Assembly (NCBI GenBank): GCA_963666975.2
Contig: CAXVYR010000004.1
Location: 1,536,001-1,600,000, forward strand
DNA: 64,000 nucleotides
Source: Terriglobia bacterium
GTDB lineage: Bacteria > Acidobacteriota > Terriglobia > 2-12-FULL-54-10
Direction of reading: 5' to 3'
The notes beneath the pieces were generated by a model. The model was not told the DNA's origin, did no database searches, and saw nothing but the letters and a program-made list of their open reading frames with translations. Shown in pieces: positions 9,692-19,602 of this stretch (positions are counted from its first letter, which is position 1; each line of letters begins with the position of its first letter). A program made the translations under genes and the position numbers.

Positions 9692-10678
9692 ATGATGGAG
9701 GAAACAATGGCTACCAAAAAAGCTCCTGGAAAAGCGCACAGAAAAGGCATCTCCCTTTTGGAACTCAATCAGATATTCCCGACCGAGCAAGCTGCAACGG
9801 AGTGGTTTGAAAAAGTCCTGTGGCCTACGGAACGGTGCTGCGGTCATTGCGGTTCCGTCAAGACCAGCGAAGTCCCCAACCAGAAACCCATGCCCTACTG
9901 GTGCAAGGACTGTCGGTCTTATTTCAGCGTTCGCACGGGAACTACTCTTGAAAACTCCAGGCTCCCGCTCCGAAAATGGGCGATTGCCGTTTATCTGTAC
10001 GTCACACACTTGAAAAGCGTTTCCTCCATGAAGCTCCACCGGGATCTGAAAATCACCCAGAAGTCCGCTTGGTTCATGTTGCATCGTCTACGCCAAGCCG
10101 GGGATAGTAGCGGTCTGGAACCTTTCTGTGGACCGTCCGAAGCCGACGAAAGCTATTTCGGCGGTCGCCGCCGCAACATGCGAAATTCCCGGCGCAAGCA
10201 GTTAGAGGGTCGAGGAGCTTCTGGCAAAACCGCCGTGGTTGCCATCAAGGATCGCCCCACCAATCAGGTCCGTGCGCAAGTGGTCCAGGACACCTCCGGC
10301 ACAACGCTCCGAAAGTTCGTCACAGATAACGTCCAGCCAGGAGGCGAGGTTTTCACCGATGACGCGCTGGCCTATAACGGATTGGAGAACCACAGGTCCG
10401 TTCGGCACAGCGTTGGGGAATACGTCAGAGGACAGGTTCACACGAACGGAGTGGAATCGTTCTGGTCGATGCTGAAGCGGGCGCACAAGGGCACGTTCCA
10501 CCGACTGTCGCCTAAGCACTTGCAGAGATACATCAATGAATTTGCCGCCAAGCACAACGCCCGCAACCTGGACACCATGGAGCAAATGCAGATTGTAGTA
10601 GCCGGTCTGGTAGGACGGAACTTGCTTTACGAAGAATTGATTGCCGATAACGGGCTGCCTTCTCTGTCGAGGTCTTAA
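9692..10678 (+). CDS. IS1595-family transposase
   Basis: Zn ribbon CGHC...CKDC, EADESYFGG, VFTDD and HTNGVESFWSMLKR motifs. Confidence 0.95.
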   Translation: MMEETMATKKAPGKAHRKGISLLELNQIFPTEQAATEWFEKVLWPTERCCGHCGSVKTSEVPNQKPMPYWCKDCRSYFSVRTGTTLENSRLPLRKWAIAVYLYVTHLKSVSSMKLHRDLKITQKSAWFMLHRLRQAGDSSGLEPFCGPSEADESYFGGRRRNMRNSRRKQLEGRGASGKTAVVAIKDRPTNQVRAQVVQDTSGTTLRKFVTDNVQPGGEVFTDDALAYNGLENHRSVRHSVGEYVRGQVHTNGVESFWSMLKRAHKGTFHRLSPKHLQRYINEFAAKHNARNLDTMEQMQIVVAGLVGRNLLYEELIADNGLPSLSRS

Positions 10679-10702
10679 GCTCCCAGAAGGGGGAGGTTGC
10701 GG

Positions 10703-10996
10703 CTAGTTGCGCTTGTAAACTTGCCCTCTTACGTCAACATCAACAATGATGATTTTGCAGGACTCAACGTCTACGGAGTAAATTATCCGCCATCCACCGA
10801 CCCGGGAAATCCTTGTGCCATCTTTGCTTGCAAGGCTCTTGCTATTCGTATCAAGTGGGCTCTCTTTTATCTTTTCTAAGCGGCGCAAAACCCGTCTTCT
10901 GGTGTCAGAATCCTTATTTTTTAAGGCCTTCTCTGCCCGGCGGCTGCATTCTAAATGAAACGAATCACATTTCGATGGAGGCTTTGAGTTTTTCAA
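10703..10996 (-). CDS. RelE/ParE-superfamily toxin (IS passenger)
   Basis: SRRAEKALK...ISRVGGWRIIYSVD...RGQVYK; ~90 aa and basic; start uncertain. Confidence 0.75.
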   Translation of the reverse strand: MKNSKPPSKCDSFHLECSRRAEKALKNKDSDTRRRVLRRLEKIKESPLDTNSKSLASKDGTRISRVGGWRIIYSVDVESCKIIIVDVDVRGQVYKRN

Positions 10997-11447
10997 AACT
11001 TATATTCTCGCCACGTTCCGATGCCGCTTTTGCGTCTGCTACCGCCGCTGACAAATCAACGTTAACGCTGAGTTCGTATACTTCTAAAAAGCTAACCATC
11101 TCTTCATCCGCAGATCGAATATTTCTGATGGGACGCGACGTTAGCATGTAATTCGTAAGACCCCTTCGTTCCGCTATCTTATAAAACTCCACCAAGGCAT
11201 CATGCAGTTTTCGCATTTCTTCAGACAGCTTTGTTATGTCTTCTGGACCAGATTTGTTTATCGAACTGTCGAGAACTCTCAGCAACCGGATCAATCGATC
11301 CGTCTTCCAGCTAATCCTCCACAGGGGGAAGGCAACCAACAGTTTTGTTGTGGCTGTAGCCTGGCGCCGGACCTTTACCGTTGAGGCCATCGTTGTATGA
11401 TAGCTAACTTCCCAATCATCCAAAGTCGCGGTTGCGGCGGACAACAT
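10965..11447 (-). CDS. Hypothetical helical protein, candidate antitoxin (IS passenger)
   Basis: 160-aa ORF overlapping the toxin; its C-terminus AKAASERGENISFEKLK resembles antitoxin tails. Confidence 0.55.
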   Translation of the reverse strand: MLSAATATLDDWEVSYHTTMASTVKVRRQATATTKLLVAFPLWRISWKTDRLIRLLRVLDSSINKSGPEDITKLSEEMRKLHDALVEFYKIAERRGLTNYMLTSRPIRNIRSADEEMVSFLEVYELSVNVDLSAAVADAKAASERGENISFEKLKASIEM

Positions 11448-11448
11448 T

Positions 11449-11604
11449 TCAGGAACTCCTCTCTATGGCTTTTTCTTTCTTAACCCCATCTGTTTCATTC
11501 AGAACAGCGTCCCGCGTGGCACTCATGCGCTCCTCAAATACTTTGTTGATCGCTTTAGCCAGAATGTCCACCTTTCCATCCATTTTCCCATTTTTGGAGG
11601 TCAT
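11449..11604 (-). CDS. Small hypothetical protein (51 aa, IS passenger)
   Basis: MTSKNGKMDGKVDILAKAINKVFEERM...; AAGGAG upstream; stop lies 1 nt before the next ATG. Confidence 0.4.
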   Translation of the reverse strand: MTSKNGKMDGKVDILAKAINKVFEERMSATRDAVLNETDGVKKEKAIERSS

Positions 11605-12160
11605 GGATATTACTATCTCCTTTTTCGAGTTTCATGCGGTTAATGCAGATCCGTGCACATCCAGACATGTTTATCAGCATTACTATGGCAGTGTAGCCTC
11701 TACACTGCCATATGGGAAGAATATTATTCAACGAGGAAAGGACTTTTTGACTAGCCATAGGTTTCATTGTTCCTTTCCGTCAAGCTTAGTATATAATCCC
11801 CTTTTTTTCCTACTCAGCTTTTTCGCCATACCCCCCCCATTGAATTTACAAAACAGGCCAATTTGCCTTTTCTTGATTTATATATATGCCCGCCGGAACC
11901 CCGCCAACCGATTCTCAGGAGATACGATTACGCGCCAACCACTGCTATTGGATGCAACACGGCCTGGTTTCGATCCAGGATTTTAATGCACTGCTTTCCG
12001 CCAAACTCTCGTAAAGGTTTTTAACCTGACCCGTTAATCTGAAAACATGCTACCCTCCAGCCGGTATCCGGTCAAGAAAATTTTTTTCGCCGAGGAATGT
12101 CGCAGCGTTGCCCTGCGACTGGAGTAAATAAAGAGTTGGCGCAGAACTTGCCGGAGTCGT

Positions 12161-13096
12161 TCAACGGCGCTGGGCTACGAAGATGCCGGCCAGGATTAGC
12201 ACGGCCCCTATCCCGAATTTTGCCGTCAGGATGTCCTGAAAAAACAGGACACCCAGCACGGTGCCCAGCACGGGTTGCAGGTAGGCAAAAGCAGCAGCCC
12301 GGGATGCGGAAATCAAACGGAGCGAGTAATAGTAGGTCAGGTAGGCTCCCGCCGAGCCGAAGGTCGCCGAATAGAGCAGTCCGGACCAGCCGACCCATGT
12401 GATCTCGTTCCACGGCAGCTGGGTTAGCTCCCACGCCAGCAGCGGCAGAAACCAGAGAGCCGCAGCCAGGAAAGAGAGGGTGGTGAACTGAAGGGTGGGG
12501 TATGCCGCAACGAATTTCTTGCTGCGAACCGTGAAAAAAGAAAAACAGCAGATGGCCACGACTACGAGCAGGTCGCCCTGCCAGCTGGGACCGGGCCCTT
12601 CCGTCTTGTCGAGCGCCAGCAGGAGCACGCCCCCCAGCGACAGCAGCAGCCCGGCCATTTTCACGGGAGTGATTCGCTCCTGGCCCTCCCATCGGGCGAA
12701 CAGGAGAATCACCAGCGGACCCAGCGCGGCGACAAAAACCGTGTGCGAGACGCTGGTGTAGTTCACCCCGATCGTGAAAAAAAGAAAGCTCAGGGAGAGG
12801 CCGAACAGGCTGAATTTCAGAAAACTCCACCGCTCGCTTCCTCCGAGACGCAGGCTCCCGCCGCGCAGCAGATGGAGCAAAACCAGCGTCACGGCAGCCA
12901 GCGTGATGCGCAGCACGGCAGCCGTCACCTGGGGCAGTTCCTGCACTGCAAACTTCACCGCCACGACGTTGCTCGACCAGAAGAAAGTCGCCGCCATCAT
13001 GGTGAGGCCGGCCCGCAGAGGAAAGGGCGGCAAGGGCAGCAAGGAATGTTCAGAGCGGCCAGCGGCAGCTTCGCGCGGCCCGGTCGCATTTTTCAC
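12161..13096 (-). CDS. DMT/EamA-family transporter
   Basis: Two EamA repeats with about 10 hydrophobic helices; GTG start overlaps the menC stop. Confidence 0.88.
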   Translation of the reverse strand: MKNATGPREAAAGRSEHSLLPLPPFPLRAGLTMMAATFFWSSNVVAVKFAVQELPQVTAAVLRITLAAVTLVLLHLLRGGSLRLGGSERWSFLKFSLFGLSLSFLFFTIGVNYTSVSHTVFVAALGPLVILLFARWEGQERITPVKMAGLLLSLGGVLLLALDKTEGPGPSWQGDLLVVVAICCFSFFTVRSKKFVAAYPTLQFTTLSFLAAALWFLPLLAWELTQLPWNEITWVGWSGLLYSATFGSAGAYLTYYYSLRLISASRAAAFAYLQPVLGTVLGVLFFQDILTAKFGIGAVLILAGIFVAQRR

Positions 13097-14199
13097 GGGA
13101 AGGTTTCCTTCCGCACGGTCAGCTTCTCGATCCGGTCCTGCCGCAGCTCGTAACCGAAGCCGGGGCCCCCGGGCACATGGATGGTTCCTCCGGGCGTAAC
13201 CTCCACCTCGGGGGTGATTACATCCTGCTGCCAGTAGCGCCGGCTGGCGGAGACATCTCCCGGCAAGGTGAAATTGGGCAAGGTGGACAGCGCAATGTTG
13301 TGCGCGCGGCCGATCCCGGACTCGAGCATCCCTCCGCACCACACCGGAACGCCGGCATCGCGGCAATAATCATGAATCCGGCGCGCCGTCCGGAAGCCGC
13401 CCACCCGTCCCAGCTTGATGTTGACCATCCGGCATGCGCCCAGCTCGACAGCCTGCTCGGCATGGCGCAGGGTGCGTATGCTTTCATCCAGGCAGAGCGG
13501 CGTTTCCAGCTCCTTCTGCAACCGTGCATGATCCAGCAGATCGTCGTGCGCCAAGGGCTGCTCGATCATCATGAGATAAAAGCGGTCCAACAGCTTGAGG
13601 TGCGCGCGGTCCGCAAGCGTGTAGGCGGAGTTCGCGTCCGCCATCAAACGGAGGCTCGGGAACTGCTCCCGCACACGCTCCAGCACGGCAAGGTCCCATC
13701 CCGGCTTGATTTTGATCTTCACACGCTGGTAGCCGGCATCCACTTCTGCGCGGATTTTTTCGAGCAGCTTCTCCACGCTCTCCTGAATGCCGATCGAGAC
13801 CCCGCACGGAATTTCCTTTCTGGTTCCCCCCAGCAAGGAGGCAAGCGAACGGCCCGACAGGCGGGCTTCCCAATCCCACAGGGCTGCCTCCAAACCCCCC
13901 TTGGCCATCCGATGTCCCCGGACCGGCTCCCACCGCTCGGAGGCATCGGCAGCCGAGCGAACCGGATTCCGCAGCAGTTCCGGGACAAGAAATTTTTGCA
14001 GCACATACCAAGCCGTGTCCGTGCTTTCCTCATTGTAGAAAGGGCCTTCCCCGGCGGTGACCTCTCCCCACCCGGCGGCGCCCTCCCCGGCAACCTCCAC
14101 CAGGATGATCCGGCGGTCCGTAGTGAGCCCGAAACTGGTTTCAAACGGGGCGAGCAACGGCATGCGGACTTCCCGCAGCGTGATACGTTCTATGTCCAT
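13093..14199 (-). CDS. menC: o-succinylbenzoate synthase / N-acylamino acid racemase
   Basis: KIKIKPGWD, DANSAY, IEQPL, CLDESI, WCGGMLESGIGRAHN and PGDVSAS motifs of the NAAAR-like OSBS subfamily. Confidence 0.88.
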   Translation of the reverse strand: MDIERITLREVRMPLLAPFETSFGLTTDRRIILVEVAGEGAAGWGEVTAGEGPFYNEESTDTAWYVLQKFLVPELLRNPVRSAADASERWEPVRGHRMAKGGLEAALWDWEARLSGRSLASLLGGTRKEIPCGVSIGIQESVEKLLEKIRAEVDAGYQRVKIKIKPGWDLAVLERVREQFPSLRLMADANSAYTLADRAHLKLLDRFYLMMIEQPLAHDDLLDHARLQKELETPLCLDESIRTLRHAEQAVELGACRMVNIKLGRVGGFRTARRIHDYCRDAGVPVWCGGMLESGIGRAHNIALSTLPNFTLPGDVSASRRYWQQDVITPEVEVTPGGTIHVPGGPGFGYELRQDRIEKLTVRKETFP

Positions 14200-14409
14200 T
14201 CTGATCCTGCCGTCCCGGCTGGCGGCACTTTCTTCAGCATTTTCATCAACCCTGTCGATCAACCGGCCTTGCCCTTACCGGCCTCGCATCCCAAAATCCA
14301 AAGCTCTAATTATCTCGCATTCCATTATCGCCTAACCCAACGGACGTTCTGCCACTGTATGCCATAATAATAAGGAAGCAGCGGGAGGAAACTCAGGACC
14401 CCAATTGCT

Positions 14410-17157
14410 ATGAAACTGGAACCGCAAAAAATACTGCATCGGGCGGAGGAGCGGCTGGGGGAGTTGTCCCAGGCCGACGGCGAGGAAACACTGCGCCTGT
14501 TGCGGAGTTTTTTGCGGATGGAGTCCCACCGCCTGCGCATGCTGCATCGCTACGGGCTGGGAGGCATGGAGATGGCGATGGCGCGCAGCCAGGTTGTCGA
14601 CGCGCTCATCGCGCACCTGTACCGCTTGGCGATGGAGCGCTTCCAGACCCGCCCGCCTGCAAACCGCCAGGATCGCGCCGAGCCGGCCGTGGTGGCAGTG
14701 GGCGGCTACGGGCGCGGGGAACTCTCGCCGCACTCGGATGTGGACCTTCTGATTTTATATGACCGCTCCTCGGTCCATTTCGGGCGGTTTTTGGCCGAAG
14801 AGCTGATCTATTTGCTCTGGGACATCGGGCTGAAGGTGGGACATAGCTGGCGCACGCCGGAACAGTGTTTGGAGCTGGCCCGCCAGGATTCTACGGCGGA
14901 AAATTCTCTTTTGGACGCGCGCTGGCTCACCGGGGGACGCGAAGTTTTCGCGGCTCTGCTCACCCTGATGGACCGGCACTGGACGGCGAATCCAAGAAAG
15001 TTTGTGGAGCGCAAACGGGCTGAACTGGAAGAGCGGTACGGGAAGCTGGGTGAAACCGTTTTCTTGGTGGAACCGAACGTGAAGGAATCCCCCGGGGGCA
15101 TGCGGGATTTCCACGCCATGCTCTGGCTGGCGCAGGGATGCTGGCATGCCGGAGGCGGGCGCGGGCTGGTCCAAGCCGGCATCGTTTCGGAAAGAGACTG
15201 GCAGCGCGCGGAACGCGGCTACGACTGGCTCTCGCGGGTGCGAAACGAATTGCATTACTCGACCGACCGCCGCGCCGACCAGCTGACGCTGGCTTTGCAA
15301 GAGGACGTCGCGGCCGGGCTGCGTTACCGTCCTCAGAAGCATATGCTGCCGCCCGAAGCGCTGATGCACGACTACTTTCAGCACGCCGACAACCTCCATC
15401 ATCTGTTGCGGTTGGTGCTTTCCGCGGCGGTGCAGCAAAAGGGAAAACTGCCCCGGCAGGTGCTATGGGAATTCCCCGGCGGCCTCCAATTGATCCGCGC
15501 CGACGGGGAACTACGCCTGGCAGAAACCACTCAGGGCCGTTTCCCTTCCTCTCCGCTCGAGATGATCCGCGTATTCAGCGTAGCTCAGGAACAGAGCCTG
15601 TCGCTCGGAGAAGATGTCAAAAAAGCCGTTCGGAATCATCTCTCCATGATCCGCCGCGACTGGCAGCGCAACCCGGAAATGAGCAAGGAGTTTTTGCAGA
15701 TGCTGCGCCGTCCCGGCCGCGTGGGAGCGGCGCTCCGCGCCATGCATTCCTGCAGATTTCTTGGAAAGTACCTGCCCGAGTTCGCCCGCATCACCTGCTT
15801 GATGCAGCATGACTACTATCACCGCTACACCACCGATGAGCACACCCTGCGAGCGATTGAATTGCTGGACACGATTTGGCTCAAGCCTCCCCCATCCCTG
15901 GAGCGCTACCGGGACCTGATTTACCACATCGCCGACCCCGCTCCTCTGTACCTGGCCTTGTTGCTGCATGATGCGGGGAAAGGGCTGGGCGGCGGACACT
16001 CGGAAAAAGGAGCGCAGCGGGCCCATGTGATCGCGACACGCCTGGGCATGTCGGAAAAAAAGGCCGCGCAGGTGGAGTTGCTGGTGCGCCACCATCTGGT
16101 GATGGCGCACCTCTCGCAGCGCCGGGACCTTTCCGACCGGCGGGTGGCCCGGCAGGCGGCGGAGTTGCTCGGCGACATGGAAACCCTTTCGATGCTCTGT
16201 CTGCTGACCTACGCGGATACCGCCGCCGTATCCCCCGAGGTGTGGACCGAATGGAAAAACACTCTCCTGTGGGAGTTGTACGGCAAGGTTCACATGGAGT
16301 TTCTGGGACTGGAGGCGGCCAGCGTCCGGGAGCGGGAGAGTCTGCGGGAAATCCGCTTTCGGGTCCAAAGTCTTCTGCAAGCTCCGCCGGAACCGGAGGC
16401 TGGCGAGGCTCCGCTTGCTCCCGCCACGGCCCAAAAACTCATGGAGGAACACTTCTCCCTCCTGCCGCCGCGTTATCCGCTGGACCACAGACCGGAGTTG
16501 ATTGCGCGGCAGATTCTGCTGGCCGAACAAGCTCGCGCCACCGGCCCGGCGGTCGCTTTTATTCCCGTCCCGGAAGAGGGCAACACTCTGCTGCTGTTGT
16601 GCTGTCCGGATACCGCCGGACTGTTTGCCAAGGTTACCGGGACGCTGGCGGCGCTGGAGGCGAATATTTTGGGGGCGCGCCTGGACACTCGCCAGGATAA
16701 CTTGGCCGTGGATGTCCTGTCGATTTCAACCTCCAGAGGCGAGGCGGTATTAGATCCCTCGTGGTTGCGCCGTATTCGGGAGACGGTGGAGGGCGTTTTG
16801 AAGGGCGCGCTTTCTTTCGACGACCTCGTCACACGGATCAATCCCGATCCCCTGGCTCCCACTCACAGGCCCCCGAAGATTGTCCTGAACAATGAGGTTT
16901 CCGAAAAGTGTACAGTGCTGGAGGTGCTGGCCGAGGACCGTCTGGGATTCGCCTTTTCCGTTGCAAAATGCCTCACCGATTTGTACCTGGACATTGTGTT
17001 TGCCAAGCTGTCCACGGAAAAGACTATGGCGTTTGATGTTTTCTATTTGAAGGACGCGGCTGGAAACAAACTTCCCGAGAGCCGCTGGGACGAGGTCAGC
17101 TCCCGGCTGGAAACGGCGCTCCAGATTACGCCCCAGCAGGAAAGCCTGCGGCCGTAG
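14410..17157 (+). CDS. glnD: [Protein-PII] uridylyltransferase
   Basis: AVGGYGRGELSPHSDVDLL, NVKESPGGMRD, HD domain (YTTDEH, LLHDAGKG) and two ACT domains. Confidence 0.95.
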   Translation: MKLEPQKILHRAEERLGELSQADGEETLRLLRSFLRMESHRLRMLHRYGLGGMEMAMARSQVVDALIAHLYRLAMERFQTRPPANRQDRAEPAVVAVGGYGRGELSPHSDVDLLILYDRSSVHFGRFLAEELIYLLWDIGLKVGHSWRTPEQCLELARQDSTAENSLLDARWLTGGREVFAALLTLMDRHWTANPRKFVERKRAELEERYGKLGETVFLVEPNVKESPGGMRDFHAMLWLAQGCWHAGGGRGLVQAGIVSERDWQRAERGYDWLSRVRNELHYSTDRRADQLTLALQEDVAAGLRYRPQKHMLPPEALMHDYFQHADNLHHLLRLVLSAAVQQKGKLPRQVLWEFPGGLQLIRADGELRLAETTQGRFPSSPLEMIRVFSVAQEQSLSLGEDVKKAVRNHLSMIRRDWQRNPEMSKEFLQMLRRPGRVGAALRAMHSCRFLGKYLPEFARITCLMQHDYYHRYTTDEHTLRAIELLDTIWLKPPPSLERYRDLIYHIADPAPLYLALLLHDAGKGLGGGHSEKGAQRAHVIATRLGMSEKKAAQVELLVRHHLVMAHLSQRRDLSDRRVARQAAELLGDMETLSMLCLLTYADTAAVSPEVWTEWKNTLLWELYGKVHMEFLGLEAASVRERESLREIRFRVQSLLQAPPEPEAGEAPLAPATAQKLMEEHFSLLPPRYPLDHRPELIARQILLAEQARATGPAVAFIPVPEEGNTLLLLCCPDTAGLFAKVTGTLAALEANILGARLDTRQDNLAVDVLSISTSRGEAVLDPSWLRRIRETVEGVLKGALSFDDLVTRINPDPLAPTHRPPKIVLNNEVSEKCTVLEVLAEDRLGFAFSVAKCLTDLYLDIVFAKLSTEKTMAFDVFYLKDAAGNKLPESRWDEVSSRLETALQITPQQESLRP

Positions 17158-17192
17158 ACCGGAAACTCCGCCCGCTGGCCGGGGTGTGGCAT

Positions 17193-17544
17193 TCCGAGCC
17201 TGCCTGCGGTCCAAAGGACCTTCGATCCGGCGGGCCGCGCGTGCCTGTCCCGAGCCCTTCGGCTCGGATTGAAGGTTATTCTGACTCCTGCGTTGTGTCT
17301 CCTCCCACCACTTATCACTCCTCCCTGCGGTAGCATTCTTCCAAAATACCTCCTGATAATTCCAATTAGAGCAAATTCATAGTTGCTGTATAGCCCGCAG
17401 GTAGGGCAGGCATTCCTGCCTGCCCTGGAGAGGACAGGCCTGGAGGCCCGTCCCTACTTTGGCGGCTGCGCTACACCAACCCTAAAAATGGCTTAGTCGC
17501 CCACTTGGCGTTCTGTGTCCGCTTGCTTGCGCGCGCGGCTCGGA
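17193..17544. repeat. Cluster of REP-like palindromes
   Basis: 17193-17268 is similar to 41156-41265; GTAG-type hairpin at 17401-17457; CCGCTTGCTTGCGCGCGCGGCTCGG at ~17519-17543. Confidence 0.7.
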
Positions 17545-17658
17545 CTATACACAAACTGTGAAAGCTCTAGTGAGGTTAGGCAGGGTAAGGACCCCCGCTT
17601 TCCGGCAGGCAGAGGTCCCTTATCAAATGGAATGGAGAGCCGGGGGCAGGCAGGAAGA

Positions 17659-17997
17659 CTACAGAGCCTGCTCGCCGCGGTCGCCGGTCCGAATGCGGAG
17701 GACGTCGCTCACGTCGCTGACGAAGATTTTGCCGTCGCCGAACTTGCCGGTCTTGGCCGCTTCCTCAATGGCCTTGGTGGTTTCAGCCACTTGGTCGTCC
17801 CGGATCAGGATGTCCAGCTTGAGCTTGGGCTGGAACTCGGCCTTGTATTCCACGCCGCGATAATGCTCCGCGTGTCCCTTCTGGCGGCCAAAACCGCGGA
17901 CCTCTGACACGGTCATCCCATGAACATCCACTTTATCAAGCGCCTCACGAACTTCTTCCAGTTTGTGGGGCCGAATAACGCATTCCAGTTTCTTCAT
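17659..17997 (-). CDS. glnB: Nitrogen regulatory protein P-II
   Basis: 112 aa; GFGRQKGH, T-loop YRGVEY, GDGKIFV and RIRTG. Confidence 0.95.
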   Translation of the reverse strand: MKKLECVIRPHKLEEVREALDKVDVHGMTVSEVRGFGRQKGHAEHYRGVEYKAEFQPKLKLDILIRDDQVAETTKAIEEAAKTGKFGDGKIFVSDVSDVLRIRTGDRGEQAL

Positions 17998-18141
17998 GTG
18001 TGAAGCTCCCAGCGGTTTTGTGCCTCCCGATGAGGCCAGGATTCGACGGAGCCCCGCCGGCGGGCGGGGCCCCACATGCTTTCTCTCTTTCTCCAACAAC
18101 AACTTCTCCAGCAGGACCACTTTCCGTAAAACTCTGGAGAA

Positions 18142-19602
18142 CTAAACGTCGTAATACAAAAAGAACTCGTGCGGATGCGGACGCAAACGGACCGGGTCCA
18201 CCTCATTCTCCCGCTTATAGGAGATCCAGGTTTCGATCAGGTCCTTGGTGAACACATTGCCTTCGAGCAAGAAACCATGGTCCTGCTCGAGAGCGTTCAA
18301 CGCTTCTTCCAGCGACCCCGGCACCTGCTTCACCTTGGCCTGTTCCTCCGGATCGAGGTGGTAGATGTTCCGGTCCATAGGATCGCCCGGCTCAATCCGC
18401 TTCTTGATGCCGTCCAGCCCCGCCATCAGCATGGCGGCAAAGGCCAGGTAGCAGTTGGCCGAGGGGTCCGGACAGCGGTACTCCAGGCGCTTGGACTTGG
18501 GGCTTTCCGAATACATCGGGATGCGGACGCAAGCGCTGCGGTTGCGCTTGGAGTAAACCAAGTTGATGGGCGCTTCATAGCCCGGAACCAGCCGGCGGTA
18601 GGAGTTGGTCGTGGGCGCGCAGAAGGCCAGCAGCGCCGCCGAGTGTTTCAACAGGCCCCCAATATAGTGCAGCGCCGTGCGGCTGAGCAGCCCGTACCCT
18701 TCGCGGTCATAGAACAGGTTCGAGTCATCCTTCCACAGGCTCTGGTGCACGTGCATGCCGGAACCGTTGTCTTGAAAGATCGGCTTGGGCATGAAGGTGA
18801 TGGTCTTGCCGTACTCCCGGGCGAAGTTCCGCAGGATGTACTTGTAAAACTGCACTTGGTCGCCCATGCGGGTCAGTGACTTGAATCGCATGTCGATCTC
18901 GCACTGCCCAGCCGTGCCCACTTCATGGTGATGCACTTCCACGTCGATTCCGGCCTGCTTCATCCGCTGCACGGCCCGCGAACGGAAGTCCTGCAAGCTG
19001 TCGGTCGGGGGAGTCGGGAAATAGCCTTCCTTATAGCGAGGCTTATAGCCCAGGTTGGGCCCCTCGTCCTTGGCGGTGTTCCAGCTCCCTTCGCGGGAGT
19101 CCACCTGATAAAAGGCGGAATTCGCGTTTTGCTGGTAGCGTACGTCGTCAAAGACGTAAAACTCCAACTCCGGTCCCCAGTAGCTGGCCGTGGCGATACC
19201 CAGGCGAATCAGGTGCTCCTCAGCCTTCTGCGCCACGTAGCGGGGGTCCCGCGTGAAACTCGTTCCCAGTATGGGGTCGCGCACGTTGCAGAGCAAGCTC
19301 AGCGTGGGGACCTCCAGCATGGGGTCTACGAATGCAGTGGTGGGATCAGGCATCAGCAGCATGTCGCTTTCGTGTATCTCCATGAAGCCCCGGATGCTGG
19401 AGCCGTCAAATCCCAAGCCTTCGCTGAAACTTTTCGTATCGAGTTCCTCCACAGGAATGCTGAAGTGCTGCAGAGTGCCCGGCAGATCGGTGAATTTCAA
19501 ATCCACCATCTGCACCCCCTGTGAACGGGAAAATTCCACCACCTCGGCCGCCGTCGCGGCGTCAAGCACCATCGTGCTTTCGCTCTGTTTAGCCTTGGCC
19601 AT
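18142..19602 (-). CDS. glnA: Glutamine synthetase type I
   Basis: FDGSSIRGF, HHHEV, TFMPKP, NGSGMH, PGYEAP, RNRSACVRIP and the adenylylation loop DRNIYHL. Confidence 0.96.
   Translation of the reverse strand: MAKAKQSESTMVLDAATAAEVVEFSRSQGVQMVDLKFTDLPGTLQHFSIPVEELDTKSFSEGLGFDGSSIRGFMEIHESDMLLMPDPTTAFVDPMLEVPTLSLLCNVRDPILGTSFTRDPRYVAQKAEEHLIRLGIATASYWGPELEFYVFDDVRYQQNANSAFYQVDSREGSWNTAKDEGPNLGYKPRYKEGYFPTPPTDSLQDFRSRAVQRMKQAGIDVEVHHHEVGTAGQCEIDMRFKSLTRMGDQVQFYKYILRNFAREYGKTITFMPKPIFQDNGSGMHVHQSLWKDDSNLFYDREGYGLLSRTALHYIGGLLKHSAALLAFCAPTTNSYRRLVPGYEAPINLVYSKRNRSACVRIPMYSESPKSKRLEYRCPDPSANCYLAFAAMLMAGLDGIKKRIEPGDPMDRNIYHLDPEEQAKVKQVPGSLEEALNALEQDHGFLLEGNVFTKDLIETWISYKRENEVDPVRLRPHPHEFFLYYDV

Larger units (their letters stand above)
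9639..11801 (+). mobile_element. IS1595-family element with passenger genes
   Basis: Inverted repeats GGGGGTTATATATTTAGCTTGAC and GTCAAGCTTAGTATATAATCCCC; poly-T target on both sides (8 T left, 7 T right); low-GC passenger region. Confidence 0.9.
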
